Of a stretch of 64,000 bases of DNA, positions 34,140-44,183 are shown one piece after another; position 1 is the stretch's first letter, and the number at the start of each line of letters is the position of its first letter. Origin of the DNA: Pseudomonadota bacterium (lineage in GTDB: Bacteria; Myxococcota_A; UBA9042; GCA-2863065); contig SXOO01000158.1 in assembly GCA_005776725.1 (NCBI GenBank), positions 2,769-66,768 of the forward strand, given 5' to 3'. The notes under the pieces are model-generated. The model was not told the DNA's origin. It was given only the letters and a program-made list of their open reading frames with translations, and ran no database searches. The position numbers and the translations under genes are program-made.

Positions 34140-37100
34140 TCACTCCTGGGCGCGAGCCGACACCTGAAGCGTCCCGACGTCGCTGCTGGCGCGCTGCTCG
34201 GGCAGGTACATGAGCCACGCGACGGCGGGCGAGGCCCGGACGGCACCGGCTACCTCGGCGCGCAGGCGGTAGCTCACCACGGAGTCTCCCTTGGGCAGCG
34301 CCGTGGCGAAGAAGGCCACTCGATCGTCGCGATCGGTGCGGTTGACCATGTACCCCGGGAGGTCGCCCGGGACCACCTCGAAGCCGGAGGGCAGGAGGTC
34401 TTCGATGGCCACGAACTGCTGCGTGCCCGGCGTAGACAGAGTGAGTCGGACCTCGACCTGGTCGCCCACGTCGAGGCCCGCCGCGTCGAGCGGGGTCACC
34501 TTCTCCACCAGGGAGCCATCGGCCGCCGTCACCCGCGCGACGCGCAGGTATTGCCGAGCGACCGTAAGGCTACCCGTGGCGCTCTTCACCGGCGCGTCAC
34601 CGTAGGTGAGGGCGCCGGTCCAGAACGCGCGGCCCGTGCCCGAGCCGCTGAGGCTGAGCGTGTGCTCGCCCGCAGCCAGCGCGACGCCCGCGTCGAAGCC
34701 CGCGGTGGCGGCCGTGGCCGGGGTGACCGTGAGCTTGCCCAGCGCCTTGCCGTCCACCTCGAGCGACGCCCAGTAGTCACCCGTGAGCTGCCCCTCGGCC
34801 ACGATGACGTCCACGATCGCCTCGAGGGCGGCTGCGGTGTCCTTGGTGGTGTCCCACATGCCGCCGCGACGATTCGCCATCAACCACGCGAGCGTGGCCT
34901 GCTGCAGCTCCGGCGCCGTCTCCGTGGCCACGAGGGCGCGGAGGGCGTAGGCCGTGGCCTCCTTCGGGTTGTCGGACCAGCCGTAGTGGTCCGCGTGCGG
35001 CGGGAACATCGCGAAGGGTGCGGCCGGCGTCCAGACCTCCCGGTTGGTCACCGGACCCACGGATGGGCCAGCGCTCGCCGAGACGGCCCGCGCGGCCAGG
35101 CGCTTCGCCAAGGCGGCGGCCCCCTCGGTCTTACCCGCCGCCTGGTGCGCCAGCGTGAGCACGGCCAGGCCCCAAGCGTCCAGCGCGTCGGGCACCATCT
35201 TGGCGAGGCCGGCGGTCAGCGCCGCCTCTACGGTCTCCCCCGAAGGCAGCGTGACGCCGGCCTCGTGGGCTGTGGCCAGGGCGTAGAGCGCGAAGGCCTC
35301 GGCCTCCTGGCTCTCCGCGGAGCCGAGGATCTTCACCAGCGCCTCCATGGCGCGTCCGAGGCGCTCCTCGTCGAGCTCCCACTCCAGCGCAGCCGCCTTG
35401 GACCAGCCGTAAACCACGTAGGCGGTGAGCCACGGGCTGGCGCCCTCGGTGAACCAGCCGAAGCCGCCGTCCTCGAGCTGCATCTCGCCCAGCCGCCTCA
35501 GCCCCGTTCGGACCATCTCCGGGAGCGCCGCCAGCCCCGCGGGCCGCGGAACGCCCAGGGACTTCAGCACCTTGTCGGCCACGAGATCGGGGAGGAAGCT
35601 GTTCATCGTCTGCTCGACGCAGCCGTACGGGAACTCGGCCAGGGCCTCGACGCCCGCCATCACGGTGCCAGCCAGGCTGCCCACCGCCTTCACGTCGAGG
35701 CGCGCCGTGCCCTCCACCGCGGTGGCCGGGACCACGAAGCTGCGCGACAAGTTGCCGGTCTCCAGCGCGTGGCTGCCGCTCACCGCCAAGAGCCGCTCCA
35801 CCGACACCGCGTGGACTGGCACCGTGCGCTCCTCGGCGTCGCGCAGCTTCCCGGCACTGGCCGACAGGGTGAACGTGGCCGCGGGTCCCGATCCGAACGA
35901 CACCGGGAAGCGGACGCTCGCCGAGCCGCCGGCCGGGACGTCCAGCGAAGCGACCGCGCTGCCCTCGACGCTGGCGGCGCCGGCGGCGGTGAGCGCCACC
36001 TTCACGCCCGAGAGCGCCTCGCCCCGCGCGTGGATCATCGCCACCAGCTCGAGGCGGTCGCCTCGACGCGCGAAGCGGGGGAGGGCCAGGGACGCCATGA
36101 GGGGCTTCGAGGTCTTGATGGCGTGCGTGGCGCCGCCCACGAGCGTGTCGGCCGTGGCCGCGCGGAGGGTGAGCCGCCACTCCGTGAGGTTGTCGGGCAG
36201 GGGAACCTCGAAGCTGGCGGTGCCGTCGGCGCCGGTCACGACCTGCGCGTTCCAGTACGCGGTGTCTTTGAATGTGCGCCGCACACTCCCGCTTTCCTGC
36301 CCATCCTTGTCAGCCCCTCCGAGGTAGCGGGTGGGGTAAGAGAACGCGGTCTGCACCGGGTTGGGCCGGTGCCCGTAGAAGAAGGCGTCGATGGATGGCG
36401 CCAGCTCGGGAGAGATCGAATACACGGACTCGTCCACCAGCGCGGCCGACAGCTCGGCCTTGACCGGCTGGCCGCGCCGGTCCTTCACCGTCACCGTGTA
36501 CTTGGCGGTCTCGCCCGGCTCGTACCCGGGCTTGTCGGAGGCCACCGACACCGTGAGGAGGCGGGCCGCCGGCGAGACCGCGATCGACCGCTGGAGTGAG
36601 CTGAACTGCTTGCCGCGGGTGAACACTACGCTCGCGTACACATTGGGGGCATGCCGGTCCGCCAGCGTCACCTCGAACAACCGGCTGTTGCCGTCGATCC
36701 GGGCCACCGTGGGCTCGAAGAGGCCGTCGCCCTCTATGGAGAAGAGCACCCACGGGCTGTCCGTGGCGGCGTTCACGAGGATGCGCGCCGTGTCGCCGGG
36801 CTCGTAGCTCTTGCGGTCCGTGAGAATCTCCAGCGACTTCTTCTTGTAGCCGCCCGAGATCCCCGCGCTCTTCGTGGCCCACACGAACGCGGACTCCACG
36901 ATGGGCTGGCCCCACTTGTCCTTGCCGGCGGCCTCGATGCGCAGGAAGCCGTCGCGCTTCACGCTCAGCACATACCGCGTGCGGCCCTCGCCGTCGGTGG
37001 TGAGGGTCTTCGTATCGACGGTCTCGTAGGTCCACATCTTGTGCTCTTTGGACCAGGCCTCGAGCGACGCGGTCAGCGTCAAGGAGCGCACCGACGTGGC

Positions 37101-38843
37101 CCCGTCGAAGCCGGACGCGGTCACGTCGAAGACGGCGTCTTCGCCCACCTGGAAGATCTTGCCCTGCGGGCGCAGCTCCAGGCGGAAGTCGCCTCGGGTG
37201 ACCATCACCTTCTTACGCGCGCTCACCTCGCGATTCGACGCGTCCGTGACCGTGGCTTCGATCGTGACCCAGCGGTCGTGGCTGGCCCGCTCGACCTCGA
37301 TCTTGGCGGTGGCTCGCCCCTTCGCGTCGAGCTTCTGCGTCCCGGAAGACGCCATCACGCCGTAACCCTGGGAGGGATCGAGGTCGTCAGAGCCCTCGTA
37401 GAAGTCGTACCACCAGGGGACGAAGGGCGTCTCGTACACCGTCCAGCTCACCTGGGCGCCAGCCAGTGGCGAGCCGAAGAAGTAGCGGGCGTCGAAGGTC
37501 ACCTCGATCGGGTCGTCACCCTGGACGAAGCGGTCATGCGCCGTGCCGATCTCAAGCCGGTACTCGGGCTTCTTGTACTCCAGCACCTTGAACACGCCGG
37601 CCTGCGTGCGCTCGCCGGAGGTGGCCGTGACCGTGTACTCGCCCAGCGCAGGCGTGCGGGGCAGGGTGAGCGCGCCGGCGAAGGTGCCGAACAGGTTCGT
37701 GCTGTGCGTCTCGCGGTGGACCACGGCGCCCTCGGGATCGCGGACCACCACGTCCCAGGCTTCATCGGGGGCCACCCGATAGACGCCGCCGTCGCTCGAT
37801 CGCGCGATGACCTTGTACGACACGCGATCCGCGGGTCGGTAGGCCGGCCGGTCTGTGTAGACGTAGGCGCGGAAGCTCAGGGCCTGCGCGGCGCTGGCGG
37901 GAGTGGCGTCCACGTAGGCCAGCTCGTCCTTCGCGCGGAACCCCCAATACCGGACGTTGGTGGTGCCGCTGTGTGCGAACCGCACGAGGCCGCGCTTGTC
38001 GGACTTTCGAGCGGGGCTCGCGTCTCCCTCCGCGGAGATCGCCACACCCTCCACCGGGGCGCCGGTGGAGAGGTCGGTGGCCCACACCCACACGGCGTCG
38101 GGCGTGCGCTTGGTGATCAGCGCGAGCCGCGTGACCACCACCGGGATGAGCTTCGGGGCCACGCCCTCGGCGCTGACGCGGATGACGTACACGCCGGGCT
38201 CATTGAACGCCGGCTCGATGCGGCTGGTCCGCCAGTCCAGCTGGTGCCCGCCGTTGACCGGCTGACGGAACGACAGGATCGGCTGCTGATCCTGGCCGAT
38301 CACCAGCGTCTTCCGGTCGATCGCGTGCGTCTTCCCGCTGGCGACGGCTGCGGGATCGAGGCGGAAGATGTCGGCCTTCACGGCGGTGACCCGGATCGAC
38401 CGGACCATCACGGCGACGTTCTCGCCCGGGAGGTACGTGTCCGAGTAGGTGTAGGGCGCGACCTGCGCGTCAACCGGGACCGCTTGGAAGTCGACCTCGC
38501 TCGTCTTCCCGGCGTCGACCGTGATCGGCCCGTGGGCCCGCTTGGCGTAGCCGTCGTGGTAGAAGCTGAGCTGGTAGCCGGTCCCGGGCGGCAGCGTGTC
38601 CAGCCGGAACCGACCGAACGAGTCCGTGGCCGTGGAGCGCTGCACGTCCCCGCGCTGGAGGGTGAGCCACGTGCGCCCGATCGGCTCGCCGGTGTCCGAG
38701 CGCGTGAGCTTGCCGGTAATGGCCCCCCGCGGGATGTCGAAGCCGGGCGGGTCGTCGGCGTTCGCGCGCAGGGCGCCCAGGGTGACGGAAACGACCACGA
38801 GGGCCGCGACTATCCAGCGTTCAAAGAGAGGGAGCGGGATCAT
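34140..38843 (-). CDS. bacterial alpha-2-macroglobulin family protein with intact thioester motif
   Basis: ORF 34140..38843 (1567 aa). Signal peptide VVSVTLGALRANA/DD. N-terminal carboxypeptidase-regulatory-like domain, multiple MG domains, thioester FPYGCVEQTMNSFLP, alpha-helical TED and C-terminal receptor-like domain. Confidence 0.88.
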   Translation of the reverse strand: MIPLPLFERWIVAALVVVSVTLGALRANADDPPGFDIPRGAITGKLTRSDTGEPIGRTWLTLQRGDVQRSTATDSFGRFRLDTLPPGTGYQLSFYHDGYAKRAHGPITVDAGKTSEVDFQAVPVDAQVAPYTYSDTYLPGENVAVMVRSIRVTAVKADIFRLDPAAVASGKTHAIDRKTLVIGQDQQPILSFRQPVNGGHQLDWRTSRIEPAFNEPGVYVIRVSAEGVAPKLIPVVVTRLALITKRTPDAVWVWATDLSTGAPVEGVAISAEGDASPARKSDKRGLVRFAHSGTTNVRYWGFRAKDELAYVDATPASAAQALSFRAYVYTDRPAYRPADRVSYKVIARSSDGGVYRVAPDEAWDVVVRDPEGAVVHRETHSTNLFGTFAGALTLPRTPALGEYTVTATSGERTQAGVFKVLEYKKPEYRLEIGTAHDRFVQGDDPIEVTFDARYFFGSPLAGAQVSWTVYETPFVPWWYDFYEGSDDLDPSQGYGVMASSGTQKLDAKGRATAKIEVERASHDRWVTIEATVTDASNREVSARKKVMVTRGDFRLELRPQGKIFQVGEDAVFDVTASGFDGATSVRSLTLTASLEAWSKEHKMWTYETVDTKTLTTDGEGRTRYVLSVKRDGFLRIEAAGKDKWGQPIVESAFVWATKSAGISGGYKKKSLEILTDRKSYEPGDTARILVNAATDSPWVLFSIEGDGLFEPTVARIDGNSRLFEVTLADRHAPNVYASVVFTRGKQFSSLQRSIAVSPAARLLTVSVASDKPGYEPGETAKYTVTVKDRRGQPVKAELSAALVDESVYSISPELAPSIDAFFYGHRPNPVQTAFSYPTRYLGGADKDGQESGSVRRTFKDTAYWNAQVVTGADGTASFEVPLPDNLTEWRLTLRAATADTLVGGATHAIKTSKPLMASLALPRFARRGDRLELVAMIHARGEALSGVKVALTAAGAASVEGSAVASLDVPAGGSASVRFPVSFGSGPAATFTLSASAGKLRDAEERTVPVHAVSVERLLAVSGSHALETGNLSRSFVVPATAVEGTARLDVKAVGSLAGTVMAGVEALAEFPYGCVEQTMNSFLPDLVADKVLKSLGVPRPAGLAALPEMVRTGLRRLGEMQLEDGGFGWFTEGASPWLTAYVVYGWSKAAALEWELDEERLGRAMEALVKILGSAESQEAEAFALYALATAHEAGVTLPSGETVEAALTAGLAKMVPDALDAWGLAVLTLAHQAAGKTEGAAALAKRLAARAVSASAGPSVGPVTNREVWTPAAPFAMFPPHADHYGWSDNPKEATAYALRALVATETAPELQQATLAWLMANRRGGMWDTTKDTAAALEAIVDVIVAEGQLTGDYWASLEVDGKALGKLTVTPATAATAGFDAGVALAAGEHTLSLSGSGTGRAFWTGALTYGDAPVKSATGSLTVARQYLRVARVTAADGSLVEKVTPLDAAGLDVGDQVEVRLTLSTPGTQQFVAIEDLLPSGFEVVPGDLPGYMVNRTDRDDRVAFFATALPKGDSVVSYRLRAEVAGAVRASPAVAWLMYLPEQRASSDVGTLQVSARAQE
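35610..35621 (-). other. thioester site codons (CVEQ)
   Basis: Plus strand ctgctcgacgca is the reverse complement of tgc gtc gag cag (C V E Q), within GCVEQ. Confidence 0.8.
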
Positions 38844-39486
38844 CGGATCTCCTGTGGGTCTGCGACGGGGTCTCGTACAAGGTCACGGTTTGAAAACGGA
38901 ACAGTTCGTAGGGCTCGCCGCGCCGGATCCCGGCCTGCCGGAGGCTCCGGCGGAGCTGCCAGGTGGCGGTCTTGGCTTCGCCGGGGAGGAGCACGGAGCG
39001 CCGGTCGCCCGCGCGGACCAGGAGGCCCTGGCGCTTCGGGTCCACCTCCGAGACCGTGAGGATGGGCACCGTGGGACCCACCAGCGACACGATCACCTGG
39101 AGCCCGGGGAGCTCCCGCGCGGCGATCGGGCGAACGCGGGGGTCGAAGCGCGCGGCGCCCAGCGCGGCCTCCTCCACGAGCTCGTCGAGCGTCCTCCCTC
39201 GGCTCTCCATGTTGCCGAAGCAGCCGCGGGTCTCGCCGGGCCGCCCATCGGGGCCGGGCGCCACCACGGTGACGAAGACGCCGAACGGGGCCAGATCCCC
39301 CACGCGGTGGGCGACTCGCGGCTCAGTGTCGCCCGTGAGGACAGCGCGCTCCAGCGTGACGCGGGCCAGCTGAACGAGCGCGGGCCCCCGCTCGGCCACG
39401 ACCACGCGCGCTGCGCCCTCGAACGGTGTCTCGACCGGCGCGGACGCGACCGCGAGCGCGGCGAGTGTGGCGAGGGCGGAGATCAC
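38821..39486 (-). CDS. AMMECR1-domain protein with N-terminal signal peptide
   Basis: ORF 38821..39486 (GTG start, GTGA overlap with the VanW stop; its own stop lies 23 nt inside the A2M start). MISALATLAALAVASAPVE..., FGVFVTVV...ETRGCFGN...EEAALGAARFDPRVRPIAARELPGLQVIVSLV. Confidence 0.7.
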   Translation of the reverse strand: MISALATLAALAVASAPVETPFEGAARVVVAERGPALVQLARVTLERAVLTGDTEPRVAHRVGDLAPFGVFVTVVAPGPDGRPGETRGCFGNMESRGRTLDELVEEAALGAARFDPRVRPIAARELPGLQVIVSLVGPTVPILTVSEVDPKRQGLLVRAGDRRSVLLPGEAKTATWQLRRSLRQAGIRRGEPYELFRFQTVTLYETPSQTHRRSDDPAPSL

Positions 39487-40235
39487 GGCGCGGTCTCCGG
39501 GCGCGCGAACGGGTAGAACGCCGCGTCTCCGATCCGCTCGACCTCGTACACGCTGCCGTCGCGGACGCGCTTCCGGTAGAGCTTCACCCAGAAGCCATCC
39601 ACGGCGAGCTCATCGGGGCGCTCGAGCACCTGGAACTCGCGCCGCGGGCTCGCGCGCTCGATGTCTCCCACCTCCACGCGCACCTCATGGTCGAAGCGCG
39701 CGGGCGCGCGGACCTGCACGACCAGGCGTCCCTGCTCCGCGCGCGCCGCGAGGCGCACCGGGAAGGGATGCGGGTTCAGCATCTCGAGGTCTTTCCCCGG
39801 CCAAGCCACGGCGGCGTCGCGCCCCATCGGAAGGTAGCTGACCGCGCGGCTATGGGGGTGGTGCTCGGCCACCGTCAGGTCGGCCAGCAGGAGCGCGTTG
39901 AACACCGTGGAGCTGACCTGACAGACGCCGCCGCCGAGTGCGGGCTCCTTGCCCTCGAGGGTCAAGGTGGGTGCGTTCCGGTAGCCGCTCTCGAGCGAGC
40001 GCTTGCCCACCCTGGCGTTGAACGAGAACGCGCCGCCCGGCTCGATGACGGCCCCGTCGAGGGCGCCGGCCGCCGTGGCGATGTTGTGGCTGCGGTCGGC
40101 CTCGTGAGCGCGGTACTGCGTGGTGAAGGACGCGATCACCGTCCACTCGGGTTCCTCGGGGGCGGCCGTGGGCCGCACGCCTCCCGAGGCACAAGCGGAG
40201 AGCAGCAGGATGAAGACCGGGAACGGCAATCGCAC
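39483..40235 (-). CDS. VanW-domain lipoprotein
   Basis: Frame of ORF 39483..40427; start placed at GTG 40235, giving (M)RLPFPVFILLLSAC (lipobox). GGAFSFNARVG...GGGVCQVSSTVFNALLLADLTVAEHHPHSRAVSYLPMGRDAAVAW. Confidence 0.75.
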   Translation of the reverse strand: MRLPFPVFILLLSACASGGVRPTAAPEEPEWTVIASFTTQYRAHEADRSHNIATAAGALDGAVIEPGGAFSFNARVGKRSLESGYRNAPTLTLEGKEPALGGGVCQVSSTVFNALLLADLTVAEHHPHSRAVSYLPMGRDAAVAWPGKDLEMLNPHPFPVRLAARAEQGRLVVQVRAPARFDHEVRVEVGDIERASPRREFQVLERPDELAVDGFWVKLYRKRVRDGSVYEVERIGDAAFYPFARPETAP

Positions 40236-40592
40236 GACGGCGCACCTTAGCAAGGCAGGTGCCAGGGCGTATCGCCCGGTCTCAGCGCGGTGACACCGGC
40301 CCTCACGAGCTCCGGATCCAGAGGTGGGTTTGCGCGTCCCGGCCGGCCAGAGCGGCTCGAGTCGCCGGTTGAGCGGGTGGCCTGGGCTGCGCAACGTTCG
40401 GCCGGCTGCCTCGGCGCGCCCGTGCATTCCGGTGAGGGGCGCGTGTCAGCGTGTACACGGCGTTGTGTCTCAGCGGGAACGCGCGCGGCGTGCGCCCCGA
40501 CACGCGGTGCGACCATGCATGCCACGCGGCGTCACTCTTCGCTTGCGCAAGTCGAGTCTTGGGTGGAGCTTGCGGCGGCCTTGGAGGAGCCT

Positions 40593-42482
40593 ATGCGCCG
40601 CGTTCTACTCGCTCTGACTCTTGCCTGCGCCGAGAGCGCCGACCCGCCGGCGTCCCAGGCCGACGTTGCCGGAGACACCGCATCAGCCGTGGACACGGGG
40701 GCCCCGGACGTTGCCGGCCCGGCTGAGGACATGGCCTCGCCGGCCGAGGACATGGCCTCGCCGCTCGAGGACACGGACCTGGCGGACCCGTCAGACATGA
40801 CCGAGCCGCTCGCGGACGTCGCGGCGGACGACGCTGCCGCTGACGCCTCGGCCCCGTGGACGCCCGCGGTCTACAGCTATCCGTCGTGCTCGAGCGCGCC
40901 CGCGACGGCCGTCGCGGGCTGCGTGGACAGCGCGCGCCTCGAGGAGCACCTGATCGCGATCGTGGGCTCTCGTTTCCCGGGCGAGCCGAACCACGCCGAG
41001 GCGCGCGCTCGTTGCCGCTCGGTCTTCGAGGAGAACGGCTTTGCCGTCGTCGAGAGCCCGTCCCTGCTCGGCGGCAACGTGGTGGGGACGCGCGCCGGCA
41101 CGGGCGCCCCCGACGAGCTGGTGGTCGTGGGCGCTCACATCGACGGCCGCCGCGGCTGCGACTCGGCCAACGGCAACGGGACCGGCGTGGCGGCGCTGCT
41201 CGAGCTCGCGTCCGCGCTGCCGACCACTCATCGCCGCACCCTGGTGCTCGCGTGTTGGGACGAAGGTGAGCTGGGACGCGCAGGCGCCACCGAGCACGCC
41301 GACGACCTCTTCGTGTCGGGCGCGAAGGTGGCGGTGGCCTTTGGACTGGATGCGCTGGGCTTCACCGACGAAACGCCCCTGAGTCAACAGACGCCGATCA
41401 CGTCGGCGAACTTCCCGGCCGCCAAGGCGACTCTGACCGCCCTCGAGTATCGAGGGGTCACGCTCGCGTTCATCGGGGGCAAGGACGCCTCGGGCGCGAT
41501 GACCGCGCTGAGCGCTGGCGCGGATGCGGTGGGCCTCCCCTCGGTGACCTACGACCTCGCGCTGGCGTGGTTGAACGATCCCACGTTCAGCGACTACCAG
41601 CGCTCGAACCACGTCGTATTCTGGGCGCGCGGGATCCCCGCGGTCACGGCCACCGATACCGGCAGCCAGCGGAACCCTCAGCACCGCTGCCGACAGGGCG
41701 GCCTCGACAGCCTCGAGCGCATCGATCTCCAGTTCTTCCACGCGGCCACCGCCGCCGTCGCCGCTGGCGTGAGCGCCGCGCTGGCGGACACCGCGGTGGT
41801 GCCGGCGAACCCCTTGCGCCCGGCGTGCGATGTGGTGGCGCAGGACTGCGCCGCTGGGGCGCGGTGCGTTCACCAGCGCAGCGCCGACGGGCAGAGCGAG
41901 TCGCGCGTCTGCATCGCCGAGGACGCCGCGCCCGTGAGCGCGGGGGCCCTCTGCGTGCGCCCCAACGACGTAGTGGGTGAGGATACGTGCGCCAAGGGGC
42001 ACTTCTGTTCGTTCTACGGCGGCGCGGTCACCGCGGGGAGCGAGCCGGTTGGGTACGATCGGGTGTGCTCGGCGTATTGTCGCCACCCCAAGGACTGCGG
42101 CGCGGGCGAGCTCTGCGTGGGCATCGGGAGCGGCCTCCTCCGCAGCGGCTTGTGCCGTCCGCGCTGCACCCTGCTGGCAACCGAGGCGTGCCCGCCTGGC
42201 CAGAAGTGCTCTCTGGTGGGCCTGACCACCGGCATCACGGACGGCGCGGTGTGTATGCCCGCTGGGACTCTGGCGTTGGGCGCGGCGTGCCCCGATACGG
42301 TCTCTTGCGGCCCTGACGCGACCTGCCTGCCCACGGCGGACGGCGCCAGCACGGCCTGCCGTCCCGCGTGCTCCGAAGCGCTCCCGTGCCCAGACGCGCT
42401 CCAGTGCTACGGGCTCAGTGGCGGTTTCGGGTTCAAGCTCCTCGACGATCCGAGCTACGGGGTCTGCGCCGAGGGCCAGTAG
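40593..42482 (+). CDS. M28-family metallopeptidase lipoprotein with Cys-rich C-terminal region
   Basis: Frame of ORF 40290..42482; ATG at 40593 (MRRVLLALTLAC). VVVGAHIDGRRGCDSANGNGTGVAALLELASAL...LACWDEGELG. The last ~230 aa hold about 30 Cys in irregular spacing. Confidence 0.7.
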   Translation: MRRVLLALTLACAESADPPASQADVAGDTASAVDTGAPDVAGPAEDMASPAEDMASPLEDTDLADPSDMTEPLADVAADDAAADASAPWTPAVYSYPSCSSAPATAVAGCVDSARLEEHLIAIVGSRFPGEPNHAEARARCRSVFEENGFAVVESPSLLGGNVVGTRAGTGAPDELVVVGAHIDGRRGCDSANGNGTGVAALLELASALPTTHRRTLVLACWDEGELGRAGATEHADDLFVSGAKVAVAFGLDALGFTDETPLSQQTPITSANFPAAKATLTALEYRGVTLAFIGGKDASGAMTALSAGADAVGLPSVTYDLALAWLNDPTFSDYQRSNHVVFWARGIPAVTATDTGSQRNPQHRCRQGGLDSLERIDLQFFHAATAAVAAGVSAALADTAVVPANPLRPACDVVAQDCAAGARCVHQRSADGQSESRVCIAEDAAPVSAGALCVRPNDVVGEDTCAKGHFCSFYGGAVTAGSEPVGYDRVCSAYCRHPKDCGAGELCVGIGSGLLRSGLCRPRCTLLATEACPPGQKCSLVGLTTGITDGAVCMPAGTLALGAACPDTVSCGPDATCLPTADGASTACRPACSEALPCPDALQCYGLSGGFGFKLLDDPSYGVCAEGQ

Positions 42483-42614
42483 GAGCCTCGCGCCCGGCGC
42501 GTCAGATGGCACGGGCCCCGGCCGGTTCTCCACTCGCTGCTGGCGCCGGCCTGCGAGCCGTGCGATAGGCGGTCGCGCTTCTCGGCGTCAGCCCCCGAGT
42601 CGTCGGGAGCTCCC

Positions 42615-43295
42615 TTGAAGGCCAGCGGCTACGCCGTCCGGGTCGACCGCGTTCGGGTCGGCGCGCAGCAGTTCTCCATCCGCGCGCTGGCGGATCTCAA
42701 CCAGTTCCACGACCCGGAAGGGATCGCAGAGGCCCTGGGGATCTCGTCGGCCCAGTGGCCTCTCTTCGGCAGGCTGTGGCCCTCCGGTCGGGTGCTCGCC
42801 GAGGCGATGGCCGATCTTCCGCTGGAGCGGGCGGACGGGCATGGCGCCAAGCGGTTCCTGGAGCTCGGTTGCGGGCTCGGGCTCGCCAGCATCGTGGCGC
42901 ACGAGCGCGGCGGCTTCGTCACCGCCAGCGACCTGCACCCCCTCGCGGGGGCGTTCCTGCTCGCCAACACGGCGCTGAACCACCTCGCGCCCATCGCGTT
43001 CCAACACAACGACTGGTCCGGCACCACCGCCATGCCCGGGGTGTTCGACGTGATCATGGGCAGCGACCTCCTGTACGAGGAGCGCCACCCGGATGCGCTC
43101 GCCGCCTGTGTGGCGCGGCACGGACACATTGGCACGGAGGTGCTCATCGTCGATCCGGGCCGCGGGCACGGCCCCAGGTTCCGCCGTGCGCTCGAGGCCT
43201 ACGGCTACGAGGGCGACTCCACCCCTGTGTCACCGCGGTCTTATGCCGGGATCGCCTATCGCGGCGCGATGTTCCGCTACCGCCGACTCACCTGA
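42615..43295 (+). CDS. class I SAM-dependent methyltransferase (Methyltransf_16/protein-lysine MT-like)
   Basis: ORF 42615..43295 (TTG start). GRLWPSGRVLAEAM...KRFLELGCGLGLASIVAHERGGFVTASDLHP...FDVIMGSDLLYE. Confidence 0.7.
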   Translation: MKASGYAVRVDRVRVGAQQFSIRALADLNQFHDPEGIAEALGISSAQWPLFGRLWPSGRVLAEAMADLPLERADGHGAKRFLELGCGLGLASIVAHERGGFVTASDLHPLAGAFLLANTALNHLAPIAFQHNDWSGTTAMPGVFDVIMGSDLLYEERHPDALAACVARHGHIGTEVLIVDPGRGHGPRFRRALEAYGYEGDSTPVSPRSYAGIAYRGAMFRYRRLT

Positions 43296-43355
43296 CCTCA
43301 ACAGTTGGTCTCAGAGGCCCGCTCCGGAGCACGGACATCGCATGAGCCCGCGCGC

Positions 43356-43745
43356 TCACGCGGGCAACATCAACCCGCCGTAACGCAGTACGTTCGGGTC
43401 AGCGGTCACGAGGGTCATTCCCTCGGCGCGGGCTTGCGAGACGAGGATGCGGTCGAACGGGTCGGAGTGGAGGGGGGGCAGGTCGGCGACACCCAGGGCA
43501 TGGTGCAGCTCCACTGGGAGCGTTCGCAACCCGTGGCGCGCCAGACGCGTGCTGACGTAGGGCATCGGAGGGCAGGGGAGCGCCAACTTCCCAAGGGCAT
43601 GCTTTATCGCGATCTCCCAAGCGCTCGCCACCGACAACACAAGCGCAACGCCAGGGTCCTCGAGCTTGGCCAACGTGCTGGGGGCGAGCTTCTCCGGCGT
43701 TGCCTGCAGCCAAAGCCACACGTGAGTGTCGAGGAGAAGGGTCAA
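43356..43745 (-). CDS. vapC: PIN-domain type II toxin (VapC family)
   Basis: ORF 43356..43745. LLLDTHVWLWL...SVASAWEIAIK...DPFDRILVSQA...LVTAD. Confidence 0.85.
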   Translation of the reverse strand: MTLLLDTHVWLWLQATPEKLAPSTLAKLEDPGVALVLSVASAWEIAIKHALGKLALPCPPMPYVSTRLARHGLRTLPVELHHALGVADLPPLHSDPFDRILVSQARAEGMTLVTADPNVLRYGGLMLPA

Positions 43746-43990
43746 TCGGGCGTGTCCGAGTCAGATCCGAGGACCCAAGCGGGGGGAAGCGGTTCGTTGA
43801 AGTCAAGAGCCAGCTCCACGAGGCCAGCGTCCTGGCCGAAGCGGCGCCGAGGCGGCTCTTCGGTGTACGCGGAGAGGCGCGCTATGGGTCGGCCCGCGCG
43901 GGCGATGATCACCTCGCCTCCCGCCGCCACGGACTCCAGCAGCCTCGAGAGGTGCGTCTTCGCTTCGTGGATGTTCACCGTTGTGGGCAT
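43742..43990 (-). CDS. Phd/YefM-type antitoxin
   Basis: ORF 43742..43990; 4-nt overlap with the toxin start. VNIHEAKTHLSRLLESVAAGGEVIIARAGRPIARL. Confidence 0.8.
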   Translation of the reverse strand: MPTTVNIHEAKTHLSRLLESVAAGGEVIIARAGRPIARLSAYTEEPPRRRFGQDAGLVELALDFNEPLPPAWVLGSDSDTPD

Positions 43991-44183
43991 AGGACTAGAC
44001 TAACCTCGCGCATGACTTAGTCAACGTGGCCGACGCCGGGCTCTTGGTGAGCCTGAGAACGGCAACGCGGTCCCCGGCCGCCACCCCGTTCGCCGCTCGT
44101 GCGAAACGGGGCGCAGCCGCGGCTTTCGCCCTGGGTGAGCGGGGCGGTTGCGCGGCGGCCGCGAGTCGGCGCACCATCGCGGC

